This document shows, piece after piece, positions 1 through 8,359 of a stretch of DNA of 64,000 bases. Origin of the DNA: a virus; IMG/VR virus record IMGVR_UViG_3300045988_075875; one strand, 5' to 3'. The notes under the pieces were generated by a model, which did not search any database, was not told the origin of the DNA, and saw only the letters and a program-made list of their open reading frames with translations. The translations under genes and the position numbers were made by a program. Within the stretch, counting starts at the first letter, position 1; every line of letters begins with the position of its first letter.

Positions 1-521
1 AACTCCCCAACAAGGATGGAGGTGTTGGACGCCGCCACGCTGTCCGCAAACAGAACCTTGGGCTTGTCCTCCTCCGCCTTGGCTTCCAGCATCCGGCGCT
101 TCTGCCGTTCCTCCTTCAAGGTGGTCGCAAGCTGGATGATGTAGTCCGGGTCAGTCAGCGTCCGTTCGATCACGTCCGGCGTCATGTAGGCCCCATGTTT
201 GCGGATGGTGGGGATCACCTCATGCGTAATCCAATGCTTAAACTTCTTCGCATTCGGAAGTTTGCTGGACAATACCAGTGAATAAAGGCCGCTTTCATTG
301 ATAATCCATCCGCCGCGTTGCCCGAGGTTTAAATTCAAACTCGATAACGATTCGTTATTGAGTTTATCTTCTGCATCCACATGGTCTGATAGCGCCTTGC
401 TTGGATTTGCATATCCGAGAATTTCTGCAACATCCTTACCTACGAACCAAGGCTCCCCATCCATTTCAATGATCCTGATTTCCCCAAACTCTGGGTTGTT
501 AAAAATCTGCAACTCATTCAT
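1..521 (-). CDS. phage antirepressor (BRO-N domain + KilAC/ANT-type C-terminal region); C-terminus beyond window edge
   Basis: Hand translation from ATG at 521 (GGAGG RBS): MNELQIFNNPEFGEIRIIEMDGEPWFVGKDVAEILGYANPSKALSDHVD...KHWITHEVIPTIRKHGAYMT...; open to position 1, absent from ORF track because edge-truncated. Confidence 0.85.
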   Translation of the reverse strand, partial: MNELQIFNNPEFGEIRIIEMDGEPWFVGKDVAEILGYANPSKALSDHVDAEDKLNNESLSSLNLNLGQRGGWIINESGLYSLVLSSKLPNAKKFKHWITHEVIPTIRKHGAYMTPDVIERTLTDPDYIIQLATTLKEERQKRRMLEAKAEEDKPKVLFADSVAASNTSILVGE

Positions 522-735
522 TCTCAGGAACCTCCTTCCCGCAGGTCTCCAGGATGCACCGCTCCAACACCGGAAGGGGGACCCGGTACATCGCCGCCAG
601 CGTGGGCCATAGTTTCTTCGCCGGGGCACACTCTCCATTTTCCCAGCGGCATACTGCCGACTGGGTAATCATCAATGCGGCCGCCACCCCGCCCTGCGTC
701 AAAGAAACATTACGCCGCAGGTCTCTCAACGTCAT
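514..735 (-). CDS. XRE-family HTH regulator, Cro-like (first gene of leftward early operon)
   Basis: 73 aa, HTH stretch LTQGGVAAALMITQSAVCRWENG; GGAGAG RBS; overlaps antirepressor start by 8 nt; divergent from CI-like gene. Confidence 0.8.
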   Translation of the reverse strand: MTLRDLRRNVSLTQGGVAAALMITQSAVCRWENGECAPAKKLWPTLAAMYRVPLPVLERCILETCGKEVPENE

Positions 736-971
736 TTTCTCACTCTCCTCTACTCAAAACTCATAAATATGACTTTTCCGCTTGACAACCTCATAGAGCG
801 GCGATACAATACAACTGCCAAGAAATATTGCAAATCAGCCACTCTATGAGGGGTCAGTTTTTTGCACCCTGCCCGGTGCAAATATATAATAACTCATATT
901 TATCGTATTTGCAATAGCAAAATTATGTTTTGTCGCATTTTGGTTAAACTGTATAAATGTGAGGCTATTTT
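736..971. promoter_or_regulatory. divergent immunity switch region (promoters and operators)
   Basis: TTGACA(782-787)-17 nt-TACAAT(805-810); 10-bp inverted repeat CCTCATAGAG (789-798) / CTCTATGAGG (842-851); palindrome TTTGCACC-N6-GGTGCAAA; repeated TTGCAA/TTGCAC half-sites. Confidence 0.55.
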
Positions 972-1340
972 ATGGACATTGTGTTGGAACGAATCCTATC
1001 ACTTATCCCCAAAAAGGAAAATGGAGATTTTGTTCACGGTTCTAAAAAGGAATTTTGCCAAAAGATTGATGCTCCCACCAACATTGTGAATGCGTGGGTT
1101 CGGGGAACAAATCACTCTTATCGGAATTATCTTTACCGTATTGCGTCTGAGTACGATGTTTCCGTGGAATGGCTGGAAGGCAAAACTGCAAAAAAAAATA
1201 ACCGCCCCACCGAAACCGGTAGGGTGGCCGATAAGCGCACGCAGCGCATATTTACTTTCGTAGATGAGTGCAGTCCGGAAGAATTGTCCGACCTCACAAA
1301 ATATATTGACTTCCTTGAAACCCGGAGGACTGCAAAATGA
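972..1340 (+). CDS. HTH DNA-binding protein, CI-like repressor candidate
   Basis: 122 aa; XRE-like HTH (FCQKIDAPTNIVNAWVRG...IASEYDVSVEWLEG); divergent from Cro-like gene. Confidence 0.65.
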   Translation: MDIVLERILSLIPKKENGDFVHGSKKEFCQKIDAPTNIVNAWVRGTNHSYRNYLYRIASEYDVSVEWLEGKTAKKNNRPTETGRVADKRTQRIFTFVDECSPEELSDLTKYIDFLETRRTAK

Positions 1341-1684
1341 TGCTTGATAAAATGACAAATCTTCTCCTTAAAGAACTCTACGCAAGAGATAAAATGACTA
1401 TTCAAGAGATTGAACACATCACCGGCACAGATGAGATGAAATCAACCTCCCCTCAACTTCAACTACTTTCAGAGGCGGGTTTTATCTTCTCATGGGAAAA
1501 TAAGGATGTAATTCATGACGAGTATGATAAAAAATACTTGGGCTATGCAATTACCATCCAAGGCCGCGCTTACATAGAGCAGCAACGGCAGCAGAAATAT
1601 CAGTTTTGGGTCCCGTACCTTATTACAACTGTAATTGCCGCATCGAGTCTCGTTGTATCTCTTATAAGCCTAATTATCCGTTAG
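1337..1684 (+). CDS. hypothetical protein with C-terminal transmembrane helix
   Basis: 115 aa; ATGA start/stop coupling with upstream gene; hydrophobic C-terminus VPYLITTVIAASSLVVSLISLII. Confidence 0.55.
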   Translation: MMLDKMTNLLLKELYARDKMTIQEIEHITGTDEMKSTSPQLQLLSEAGFIFSWENKDVIHDEYDKKYLGYAITIQGRAYIEQQRQQKYQFWVPYLITTVIAASSLVVSLISLIIR

Positions 1685-1917
1685 TGCACTCGCTTGTAGT
1701 GCTCACATTTGCTTTTTACATCGACATCACAGCCCAGAAGAAACGAGAGGCCATTCCCTCGGTCTACAAAAACTGCGTGTTCACAGACCCGACAGACAGC
1801 CCCCTTGCATTTTCCAAGGCCACTGTCCTCGCACTGTTTGATGAGCTTCTCCAAATAGTCATTTCTCTCTTGCAGACATTGTATCTGCTTTTTCAGCTCA
1901 CTTCTTGTCTGGAACAT
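1681..1917 (-). CDS. hypothetical Cys-rich protein
   Basis: 78 aa; GGAGGG RBS upstream of ATG at 1917. Confidence 0.5.
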   Translation of the reverse strand: MFQTRSELKKQIQCLQERNDYLEKLIKQCEDSGLGKCKGAVCRVCEHAVFVDRGNGLSFLLGCDVDVKSKCEHYKRVH

Positions 1918-2046
1918 AGGTTTCCCTCCTCTATGGCCTTTAACAGTTCGTCCAATTCATTGTCTGTCAACCCAAGTATACGTTCTTTCAGTTTCTCTCG
2001 CAATGCCAAGTCGCTATGTAATTTCTTTTCTTCCATGTCCCAATGT
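1903..2046 (-). CDS. small hypothetical protein (47 aa)
   Basis: Hand-found ORF MEEKKLHSDLALREKLKERILGLTDNELDELLKAIEEGNL...; below track cutoff; weak RBS. Confidence 0.3.
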
Positions 2047-2302
2047 CATATCCCTTTCTCCCCATCTCCGTTCCGTTTTTCTCCCTTGCCCCCTGAAGCT
2101 GTGATGGAGAGCCGCCGCCCCAGCCACGAAAGCGGCGGCCCGTTAAGACCTGCTGCTTGGGGGTGCGGTAGGTCTGTTATTATCGTACCATCAAGTCTCC
2201 AGGTTTGTAAGTCTTAATACGCACGATTTCGGTGTTGATACACACAATTCCGATTGCTATTTCGCACATTTTGTCAATTTTCAACAAGGAGGTACTCTAT
2301 GT

Positions 2303-2755
2303 ATGCTGTCATTGATTGACCAGTGCCGCGCGGTAAAAGAAGAAAAACACATCACCAACAAGGAGATCGCGGACGGCAGCGGAGTTCCTCTCAACACGGT
2401 GAACAATATGTTCCGTGCCACCACCCATTCCCCTACGTTGGAAACTCTCGGCCCCATCTGCGTTTTCCTCGGAATTTCCATTGACCAGTTTTTAGGGATG
2501 AAACCAACGGAAGATTCTACGCCACCGGAAACCATAGAGGAAATCATAAACCGGGAACTGTGTGTCTACCGTCAGGAGATCAACGGCCTGAACGCCCAGA
2601 ACGAACTTCTCCGGGAATTTATGGAACGTCAGTCCCACGGCATCCGCAACCGGGACCGTCTTTTGCGATGGATGTTGGTCCTTCTGATCTTCGTCTTGGC
2701 TTACGCCGTTTATCTGGACCTGCACTGTCTGGAATTTGGGTTCTTCCACGGCTGA
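2303..2755 (+). CDS. XRE-family HTH protein with coiled-coil and C-terminal transmembrane anchor
   Basis: 150 aa; AAGGAGG RBS; HTH ITNKEIADGSGVPLNTVNNMF; C-terminal LLRWMLVLLIFVLAYAVYL. Confidence 0.7.
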   Translation: MLSLIDQCRAVKEEKHITNKEIADGSGVPLNTVNNMFRATTHSPTLETLGPICVFLGISIDQFLGMKPTEDSTPPETIEEIINRELCVYRQEINGLNAQNELLREFMERQSHGIRNRDRLLRWMLVLLIFVLAYAVYLDLHCLEFGFFHG

Positions 2756-2775
2756 TACACACGGGAGGTGTGCGC

Positions 2776-3939
2776 ATGAAATGCAAAAACTGTAAGCGCG
2801 TCATTGACGATGATTCCATCTTCTGCAAATGGTGCGGCGAACGTCAGATCAGGGAGCGCAAAAAGAAGGGCGAGATCAAAGTCCCCTCCCCACGTCAGTT
2901 GAAGTCCGGCAAGTGGAACATCGAACTGCGGGCCGAAGGGCAAAGTATCACGGAGGATACCGCCGCTCTCTGCGAAGCCAAGGCCCGCGCCATCCGCGCC
3001 GGCTTTCTGGAAGCTAAAAAGGACGCAAAATGCAGTCTCACGCTTCTTCAGGCAATCGACAGTTATTTGAAAAAAAATCAATCTCTATCCCCGTCAACGA
3101 TCCGGGGATATGAGTGCATCAAAAAGAATCGCTTCCCCGGAAAGATCAATGCCAAAATACAGGACCTTTCAAATTGGCAGTCGGAGATCGACGAAGCCAG
3201 TGAAACCCTGTCCCCTAAAACGGTGTATAATTCATGGGGCCTTGTTTGCACCGTGATGCGGGATAATCACATCGCTCCGCCGGAAGTCCGTCTCCCTCAA
3301 AGCATAAAAAAAGACCTTCCCTGGCTGACCTACCAGCAGATTCTTGTTTTTGTAGACGCTGTGAGCGGCAGCCGGTTTGAAGTGGGCGCATTGCTGGCCC
3401 TTCACAGCCTCCGCCGTTCTGAGATATTCGGTCTTTCCTGGGAAAATATAGACTTAAAGAAAAAGCGGATTAAAATTCAGGGCGCACGGGTCATGGATAA
3501 AAACGGAGACTTTGTGTATAAAAAGACCAACAAAAACGTTTCATCTCAACGCACGATCCAAATTATGATCCCCGCCCTTTACGATCTCCTTTCACAGAGG
3601 AAAAGCGCCGGCCTTCCCATTATGGATTGTACTGAAAATTCTTTGCGCGGCGGCATCAACCTGATCTGCAAAAAGAATGACCTTCCTGAGTGCGGTGTTC
3701 ACGGTCTCCGCCGCTCCTTTGCCTCCCTCGGTTTCCATCTTGGGCTTAGCGAATTGGAAGTGCAAGAAATCGGTGGATGGAGCGACCACAACACCGTTCA
3801 CAAGATTTACCTAAAACTTGCCAAAGAAGATCGGCTCAACGCCGAAAACAAAATGGAGCGGTTTTACAAAAACCGAGGCGATGACACCGCTTCGGACGCA
3901 GAGCATACCCTCGAAAAAAAGCCTTGTGCGTCCGCCTGA
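2776..3939 (+). CDS. int: tyrosine site-specific integrase with N-terminal zinc ribbon
   Basis: Start moved to ATG 2776 (GGGAGG RBS), MKCKNCKRVIDDDSIFCKWCG; catalytic-domain motifs LHSLRRSE, HGLRRSFAS, GGWSDHNTVHKIYL; next to att site. Confidence 0.9.
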   Translation: MKCKNCKRVIDDDSIFCKWCGERQIRERKKKGEIKVPSPRQLKSGKWNIELRAEGQSITEDTAALCEAKARAIRAGFLEAKKDAKCSLTLLQAIDSYLKKNQSLSPSTIRGYECIKKNRFPGKINAKIQDLSNWQSEIDEASETLSPKTVYNSWGLVCTVMRDNHIAPPEVRLPQSIKKDLPWLTYQQILVFVDAVSGSRFEVGALLALHSLRRSEIFGLSWENIDLKKKRIKIQGARVMDKNGDFVYKKTNKNVSSQRTIQIMIPALYDLLSQRKSAGLPIMDCTENSLRGGINLICKKNDLPECGVHGLRRSFASLGFHLGLSELEVQEIGGWSDHNTVHKIYLKLAKEDRLNAENKMERFYKNRGDDTASDAEHTLEKKPCASA

Positions 3940-3982
3940 CCTTTCACCGCCCTCCTCAGATTTCCCACCGCCAAACCTCACG

Positions 3983-4006
3983 TTTTACGAACGATTTTAC
4001 GAACGC
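3983..4006 (+). repeat. tandem 12-mers TTTTACGAACGN x2 (arm-type integrase-binding site candidates, int-proximal arm)
   Basis: Direct reading; same 12-mer pair recurs at 4202-4225 in same orientation. Confidence 0.6.
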
Positions 4007-4024
4007 CGCAAAACGCCCATTCAT

Positions 4025-4041
4025 TTTCAACGGTTATAGCC
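4025..4041 (+). repeat. 17-mer TTTCAACGGTTATAGCC flanking att core
   Basis: 14/17 match to TTTCAACGGATTCAGCC at 4115-4131, same orientation. Confidence 0.5.
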
Positions 4042-4049
4042 ATTTATTA

Positions 4050-4077
4050 GTGGGTTCGACTCCCGCCACTCGGACCA
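4050..4077 (+). other. att core: 3' fragment of a tRNA (T-arm, acceptor 3' strand, discriminator, CCA)
   Basis: GTGGG-TTCGACT-CCCGC-CACTCGG-A-CCA; no complementary 5' acceptor strand ~70 nt upstream, so not a complete tRNA. Confidence 0.7.
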
Positions 4078-4107
4078 ACCCCACAATCATTGTGATTGTG
4101 GGGTTTT
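4077..4107 (+). terminator. hairpin plus T-run after tRNA fragment
   Basis: AACCCCACAATCA-TTG-TGATTGTGGGGTTTT. Confidence 0.6.
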
Positions 4108-4114
4108 CCTTATA

Positions 4115-4131
4115 TTTCAACGGATTCAGCC
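4115..4131 (+). repeat. 17-mer TTTCAACGGATTCAGCC flanking att core (distal side)
   Basis: Partner of 4025-4041. Confidence 0.5.
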
Positions 4132-4201
4132 TTTTTTGGATGGTAAAAATATTTTCCATTGCGTCAATAAAAATACTAAATGCAAGGCGTTTTATCTTAA
4201 A

Positions 4202-4225
4202 TTTTACGAACGGTTTTACGAACGG
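4202..4225 (+). repeat. tandem 12-mers TTTTACGAACGG x2 (arm-type site candidates, distal arm)
   Basis: Partner of 3983-4006. Confidence 0.6.
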
Positions 4226-4226
4226 A

Positions 4227-4258
4227 AAACCCCCGCTTCAAAAGCGAGGGTTTTTCTT
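4227..4258. terminator. bidirectional terminator downstream of methyltransferase gene
   Basis: AAAACCCCCGCTTCAAAAGCGAGGGTTTTTC, A-run and T-run on either side of the stem. Confidence 0.55.
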
Positions 4259-4263
4259 TTGCA

Positions 4264-5223
4264 TTATTTGGCTTGCACGTCCTCCACATAGCACCAGCTT
4301 TGGGGTGGGCGACCGATAACCCGGCCATCACAGTCCATTTTGGCGTATTGATTTTTAGGGGTATTGCGGAATAACTCTCTGTACGACGGTGCAGAGTTGT
4401 TTTTCTTTTTTGGGTCAGGCTTTTGCACAATGATTATGTACTCATTTACATTTTTAAAGAGAAGATTTGGAGGATAGGGATAGCTCCCGAATATAGGACG
4501 CTGGGAAGTTGAAGATCCCCATCTGCCGCCAGTACCCTTCTTATTCCAAATAATTTGATTGATTAGTGAGAAACCAACAGACTGCGCAATTTTGGTTAAA
4601 TCCGATGCAATAGGGATTGTCACTAACCCATATTCTTTAGTATTTTGATTGACATTTGCAGTAACAATACAAAGCTTTCTACCAGGCATAAGAACACGAT
4701 AGCATTCTCTGACAACACTTTCCATGCTGTCAATGAAATCATCATAATATTCAAATCCACCAATATTTCCAATGTACTCGCCATAGTCTGCTTTGTTCCA
4801 GTAAGGAGGGGATGTAATTACGGCGCCGATACTGTTGTCCGGAATGGAGGCCATATCCAGGCAACTGTGATTGTGAATTACAAAAGCCCCATTTGCATTT
4901 TCGATGTTCTTATTTTGAATGACTTCGAGTAACCGCTGGGTTGAACGCTCATAGTACGTGGAGTTTGTTTCAAAACCTACATACTTTCTGCCGTTACTTA
5001 ACGCCGCTTCGCCAGTTGTACCGGTCCCCGAAAAGGGGTCAAGAATAGTTTCTCCCCAAAAAGAAAACATTCGTAGGAGCCTGTAGGGAATTTCGACAGG
5101 AAAGACCGCAGGATGAACGCTATCGCTAATATTTGCGATATCCCATACCGTCATTGTCCATTCTTTCCATTCTTCGCTTGTTATTTTAGATAGTTCTTTA
5201 ATTTCTTTAGTAATAGTGGCCAT
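4264..5223 (-). CDS. DNA methyltransferase (N4-cytosine/N6-adenine type), motif order FxGxG before SPPY
   Basis: Start set at ATG 5223 (GGAGG RBS; track start is TTG). HPAVFPVEIPYRLLRMFSFWGETILDPFSGTGTT then ITSPPYW; visibly AT-richer than its neighbours. Confidence 0.85.
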   Translation of the reverse strand: MATITKEIKELSKITSEEWKEWTMTVWDIANISDSVHPAVFPVEIPYRLLRMFSFWGETILDPFSGTGTTGEAALSNGRKYVGFETNSTYYERSTQRLLEVIQNKNIENANGAFVIHNHSCLDMASIPDNSIGAVITSPPYWNKADYGEYIGNIGGFEYYDDFIDSMESVVRECYRVLMPGRKLCIVTANVNQNTKEYGLVTIPIASDLTKIAQSVGFSLINQIIWNKKGTGGRWGSSTSQRPIFGSYPYPPNLLFKNVNEYIIIVQKPDPKKKNNSAPSYRELFRNTPKNQYAKMDCDGRVIGRPPQSWCYVEDVQAK

Positions 5224-5238
5224 CCTTTTTACCTCCAA

Positions 5239-5376
5239 TTATTCTTGAAACTCATCAACCGATTGGCATCCGCAGTCAACAAAATCAAAATACCATTGAT
5301 TTAAATATGTTAGAAAGGACTTGTCAATATTGAGAGCTTCTATCAAAAGAGTATCAATCTGTTCAATGATGCCCAT
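5239..5376 (-). CDS. small hypothetical protein (45 aa)
   Basis: Hand-found ORF MGIIEQIDTLLIEALNIDKSFLTYLNQWYFDFVDCGCQSVDEFQE; AT-rich like the adjacent methyltransferase. Confidence 0.35.
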   Translation of the reverse strand: MGIIEQIDTLLIEALNIDKSFLTYLNQWYFDFVDCGCQSVDEFQE

Positions 5377-5415
5377 AAGTTGTTTATGATCGTAGTCGTA
5401 ATGAGGGCAGGCGCG

Positions 5416-5892
5416 TCAACCAAAATCGACTCTACACACTGGCTTGAACTCGCTCAATTCTTTCGGCGTATCATAAATGCGCAAGTCGGAGATGTGCCAG
5501 CCGTAAAGCGGTGTTCCGTGCCCATAATCCCATAGTGCCCCATTTTCAAGGCAAGTCTGTAATACATAATTATCGTCAATGTCATAGATGCCATACGGTT
5601 CGTTTGCCGGGGAAAGTCTATCTATGCGGTCACAGGTAAATTCCCCGACGACCCTGCCGTTTCCTATGGCACCGCCCACCGGAATTGCCGTTTCCGCGTT
5701 CATACAGGTGATCAGGTTCGTGCCTGACGCATTCTGCATAAACGCAAGGTGCTTGTCTCTTGTGCAGTAGATATAGCACTTAAACGGCGTTTCCAGTTTC
5801 GGCTTGGTCTTGCGGACTTCGATAGTCTTTTCGCCGGAGGCAATCTTTTGACACCACTGCGGGCGAATGCTCAGCAAAGCAGCCTTACTCAT
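5416..5892 (-). CDS. ASCH (PUA-like) domain protein
   Basis: Start at ATG 5892 (GGAGG RBS): MSKAALLSIRPQWCQKIASGEKTIEVRK, typical ASCH N-terminus. Confidence 0.75.
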   Translation of the reverse strand: MSKAALLSIRPQWCQKIASGEKTIEVRKTKPKLETPFKCYIYCTRDKHLAFMQNASGTNLITCMNAETAIPVGGAIGNGRVVGEFTCDRIDRLSPANEPYGIYDIDDNYVLQTCLENGALWDYGHGTPLYGWHISDLRIYDTPKELSEFKPVCRVDFG

Positions 5893-6361
5893 CCTTCTTC
5901 GCCTCCAATGCACGATCCGCCTCCTCGCGGGTCAGGAATACGGTCTTGCCGATTTCATTAACCGGTACGCCGAAAATGGATTTATCAACAAACCCGGCTA
6001 CGATATCCCATTCAATGAATGTACAAAACAATTCCACGCGAATTGCCTTTACTCGGTATTCGCTTATGGTTTTTCGACTTGTAACCTCATACACCGTATC
6101 TCCCGCCTTGCACGGCGGTACCACCAGCCGCCCGTCTCTGTCGGCCTCGGCCAGATCGCGGATGCGATTGAGCAATGCAAGCTGCTCCGTCAGCGTTTTC
6201 GATTCTTCCAGCGCGTAATCAAACAGTTTTCCCAACGCGGTTACTTCTTCCGGCGTCCGCCCCGTCTCTTCGTAGGCGGCAAGGCGGTTTGCCGCCTCAC
6301 CGCTTCCGCAATGATAAGACCAACACCCGTATTCTTCGTTCCAATAGGTCAATCGCTCCAT
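5885..6361 (-). CDS. hypothetical phage protein
   Basis: 158 aa, co-oriented, 8-nt overlap with downstream gene. Confidence 0.6.
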   Translation of the reverse strand: MERLTYWNEEYGCWSYHCGSGEAANRLAAYEETGRTPEEVTALGKLFDYALEESKTLTEQLALLNRIRDLAEADRDGRLVVPPCKAGDTVYEVTSRKTISEYRVKAIRVELFCTFIEWDIVAGFVDKSIFGVPVNEIGKTVFLTREEADRALEAKKDE

Positions 6362-6365
6362 CTGA

Positions 6366-6794
6366 TTACCTCCAAACCATATCGCATTTGTGGACTGCGC
6401 AATCTGTCAAAATAGCCTTGAAATCCCGGAACATGGCGCAGTCTTTTCTTCCAGAGTAGCCGTAGTGAATTTCATCATCATAGTCTCCAATCACCTTTAG
6501 GATCTCCTTGCAGGCCCCATAGTGGATACTACCGCCAGCGTCCGGTTGAAGCAGAAAATCCACTATTTTTACGGAAACCTTTTTCTCTCGGATTAAATCT
6601 TCTGTCCTTTTGTCGAAGGCATCAAAATACTGCTTCCGTGCTTCTCCCATAAAGGGGGCTTTGTCAATGCCCTGATAGTGATCCCAAAATACACCGCCGT
6701 GCAACTCTGCGACCTTATCCCTCAGTCGCTTAAATCCAAAATAGCCAAGGTCAATGCTCCGCCCGGTTTTCCGGCATAAAACTGTCATTCCCAT
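6366..6794 (-). CDS. hypothetical phage protein
   Basis: 142 aa, GGGGAGA RBS. Confidence 0.6.
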   Translation of the reverse strand: MGMTVLCRKTGRSIDLGYFGFKRLRDKVAELHGGVFWDHYQGIDKAPFMGEARKQYFDAFDKRTEDLIREKKVSVKIVDFLLQPDAGGSIHYGACKEILKVIGDYDDEIHYGYSGRKDCAMFRDFKAILTDCAVHKCDMVWR

Positions 6795-6796
6795 TT

Positions 6797-7189
6797 TTAT
6801 CTCCCCATCTTTTCCAAAAACTCATCGATCCGGCCCTGATCTGCCACAACAACCTCTTTCCCAATCTTCTCGGCGTAGGCTCGCTCCAACCGTGCCACAG
6901 AACTCTCACGCCAGTCCGGCAGCAGAACCACACAGTCCGCACAGTCGATCATGGAAAAGCAGATACGCATATAATCGCCCTGCTCCATGCCGGAGGGGAG
7001 GTTCGCCGGGTTTAGGACACAATGTCCCATGGCAGTGAGGGCTTGCTCTGCCTTGGCGAACTTCTCCCGGTAGTTCGCATCCCCGGTGATCTTCCCGGCA
7101 ATATACACACGCAGGTGCGCCCCGACCTGAACGTCAAACGCCCGCTTCGCGGGCCGCTGCTTACTTACAACTCTGATGTACTCAATCAT
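6797..7189 (-). CDS. DUF4406 / nucleoside 2-deoxyribosyltransferase-like protein
   Basis: Start at internal ATG 7189 (MIEYIRV..); VYIAGKITGDANYREKFAKAEQALTAMGHCVLNPANL matches my recollection of the DUF4406 pattern. Confidence 0.65.
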   Translation of the reverse strand: MIEYIRVVSKQRPAKRAFDVQVGAHLRVYIAGKITGDANYREKFAKAEQALTAMGHCVLNPANLPSGMEQGDYMRICFSMIDCADCVVLLPDWRESSVARLERAYAEKIGKEVVVADQGRIDEFLEKMGR

Positions 7190-7568
7190 CCTTACTCTCC
7201 TTTGCATCCCGCATACGCAGTTCATTGACGGCATCCACAAGCTCGTTGATTTTCTTAATAATCTCACGAGAATCAAGGTAATACTCACCCTTGCTATCAA
7301 CATCTTCTAAAGTCCAAGACTTTATTAAAGGCTCAATCTTGTCTTCAGCCTTCTTAGTAAAATCATACTGGCCAATGCGTTTGTACCCCGGAAACCCTTT
7401 CGCATACTCGTAAACCGTAATGCAATCACTATTGCCGTCCGTATACAGGACGAAAGGTTCGTAGAAACCGCGCGCCTTGCATTGCTCACATTGGCAGATG
7501 GATTGGATATAACCGACCCGGCCAGTAACATCTTCAACGTAGTCCCCGACACGAAAATCATACTTCAT
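7182..7568 (-). CDS. hypothetical phage protein
   Basis: ATG 7568 in TTTTGATG stop/start junction. Confidence 0.6.
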   Translation of the reverse strand: MKYDFRVGDYVEDVTGRVGYIQSICQCEQCKARGFYEPFVLYTDGNSDCITVYEYAKGFPGYKRIGQYDFTKKAEDKIEPLIKSWTLEDVDSKGEYYLDSREIIKKINELVDAVNELRMRDAKESKDD

Positions 7569-7855
7569 CAAAAATCATCCCCCTCATACAATCCTCCGGA
7601 AACATCAAGGGTATCAACCCCCTGAATGCCGTGGAGACGAATATATTTTTCACCTTCCCACCAATAGTTTAACCATTCAACGCACCTTTGGTATGGGGAG
7701 GCAATTTCATTTGTGCAACGCCATTCGACCGAATCATAGGACGCTTCAACAGAAACGATTACATCTTCATCACCATGGCAATCCCAGTACCTTTTCACAT
7801 ATTCTTCAACTCTGCTATATCCATTTTCGTTGTCTTTAAGAATTAGAACTACCAT
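7568..7855 (-). CDS. hypothetical phage protein
   Basis: ATG 7855 in TTTTGATG junction; AT-richer segment. Confidence 0.55.
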   Translation of the reverse strand: MVVLILKDNENGYSRVEEYVKRYWDCHGDEDVIVSVEASYDSVEWRCTNEIASPYQRCVEWLNYWWEGEKYIRLHGIQGVDTLDVSGGLYEGDDF

Positions 7856-8175
7856 CAAAAATCTTCTCCTTTCTCACATTTTTCGCCTAAACCCGCTAAA
7901 ATCAAGGCGTAGATTTCTTCAAACTTTTCAGTAATCCCATCAGTAATCTTAGCCATGCTGGACATTGTACCGTCATCTTTCGACCATTCCCAACCATGGA
8001 AGGCACAATCATTTTTCCAATAAGAGAGGAAAAAGATATATTCATCATAAAAATTCTCAATAAGGGGTTTAAGTCTACCCAAACTATCATAAACACCCCT
8101 CATTGTTGCCTTTTTGCAACCGCTATCTTCAATCATTTTATTGATTGTGTCAGCAGAATAAACAAAATTACTCAT
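7855..8175 (-). CDS. hypothetical phage protein
   Basis: ATG 8175 preceded by GGGGGA. Confidence 0.55.
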   Translation of the reverse strand: MSNFVYSADTINKMIEDSGCKKATMRGVYDSLGRLKPLIENFYDEYIFFLSYWKNDCAFHGWEWSKDDGTMSSMAKITDGITEKFEEIYALILAGLGEKCEKGEDF

Positions 8176-8188
8176 CAAAAGTCCCCCT

Positions 8189-8359
8189 TTAATTCAAAAA
8201 AATCATCTGGCACAAAGCAAACCCACACTGGAACGCCGCGCCGGTCAACAGCAGCATCAGGATCGCCAGTGCGCCTTTGTCCCAGTCTTTACAGATGCCG
8301 TAACAGGCCCACCCACAAAGGCAGAGCGGAATAAATAGCAGAATCGCCAGTTTAGCCAT
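8189..8359 (-). CDS. small membrane protein (56 aa)
   Basis: MAKLAILLFIPLCLCGWACYG...; two hydrophobic helices; 8-nt overlap with upstream methyltransferase stop. Confidence 0.45.
   Translation of the reverse strand: MAKLAILLFIPLCLCGWACYGICKDWDKGALAILMLLLTGAAFQCGFALCQMIFLN

Noticed and set aside
2560-2775. 72-aa N-terminal extension of the integrase ORF
   Set aside because: It overlaps the preceding HTH gene in another frame. A GGGAGG RBS precedes the ATG at 2776, where a zinc-ribbon N-terminus begins.
5239-5418. TGA readthrough fusing the ASCH gene to the in-frame 45-aa ORF downstream
   Set aside because: Being in frame can arise by chance one time in three. No recoding signal or hairpin is visible, and the small ORF has its own ATG.
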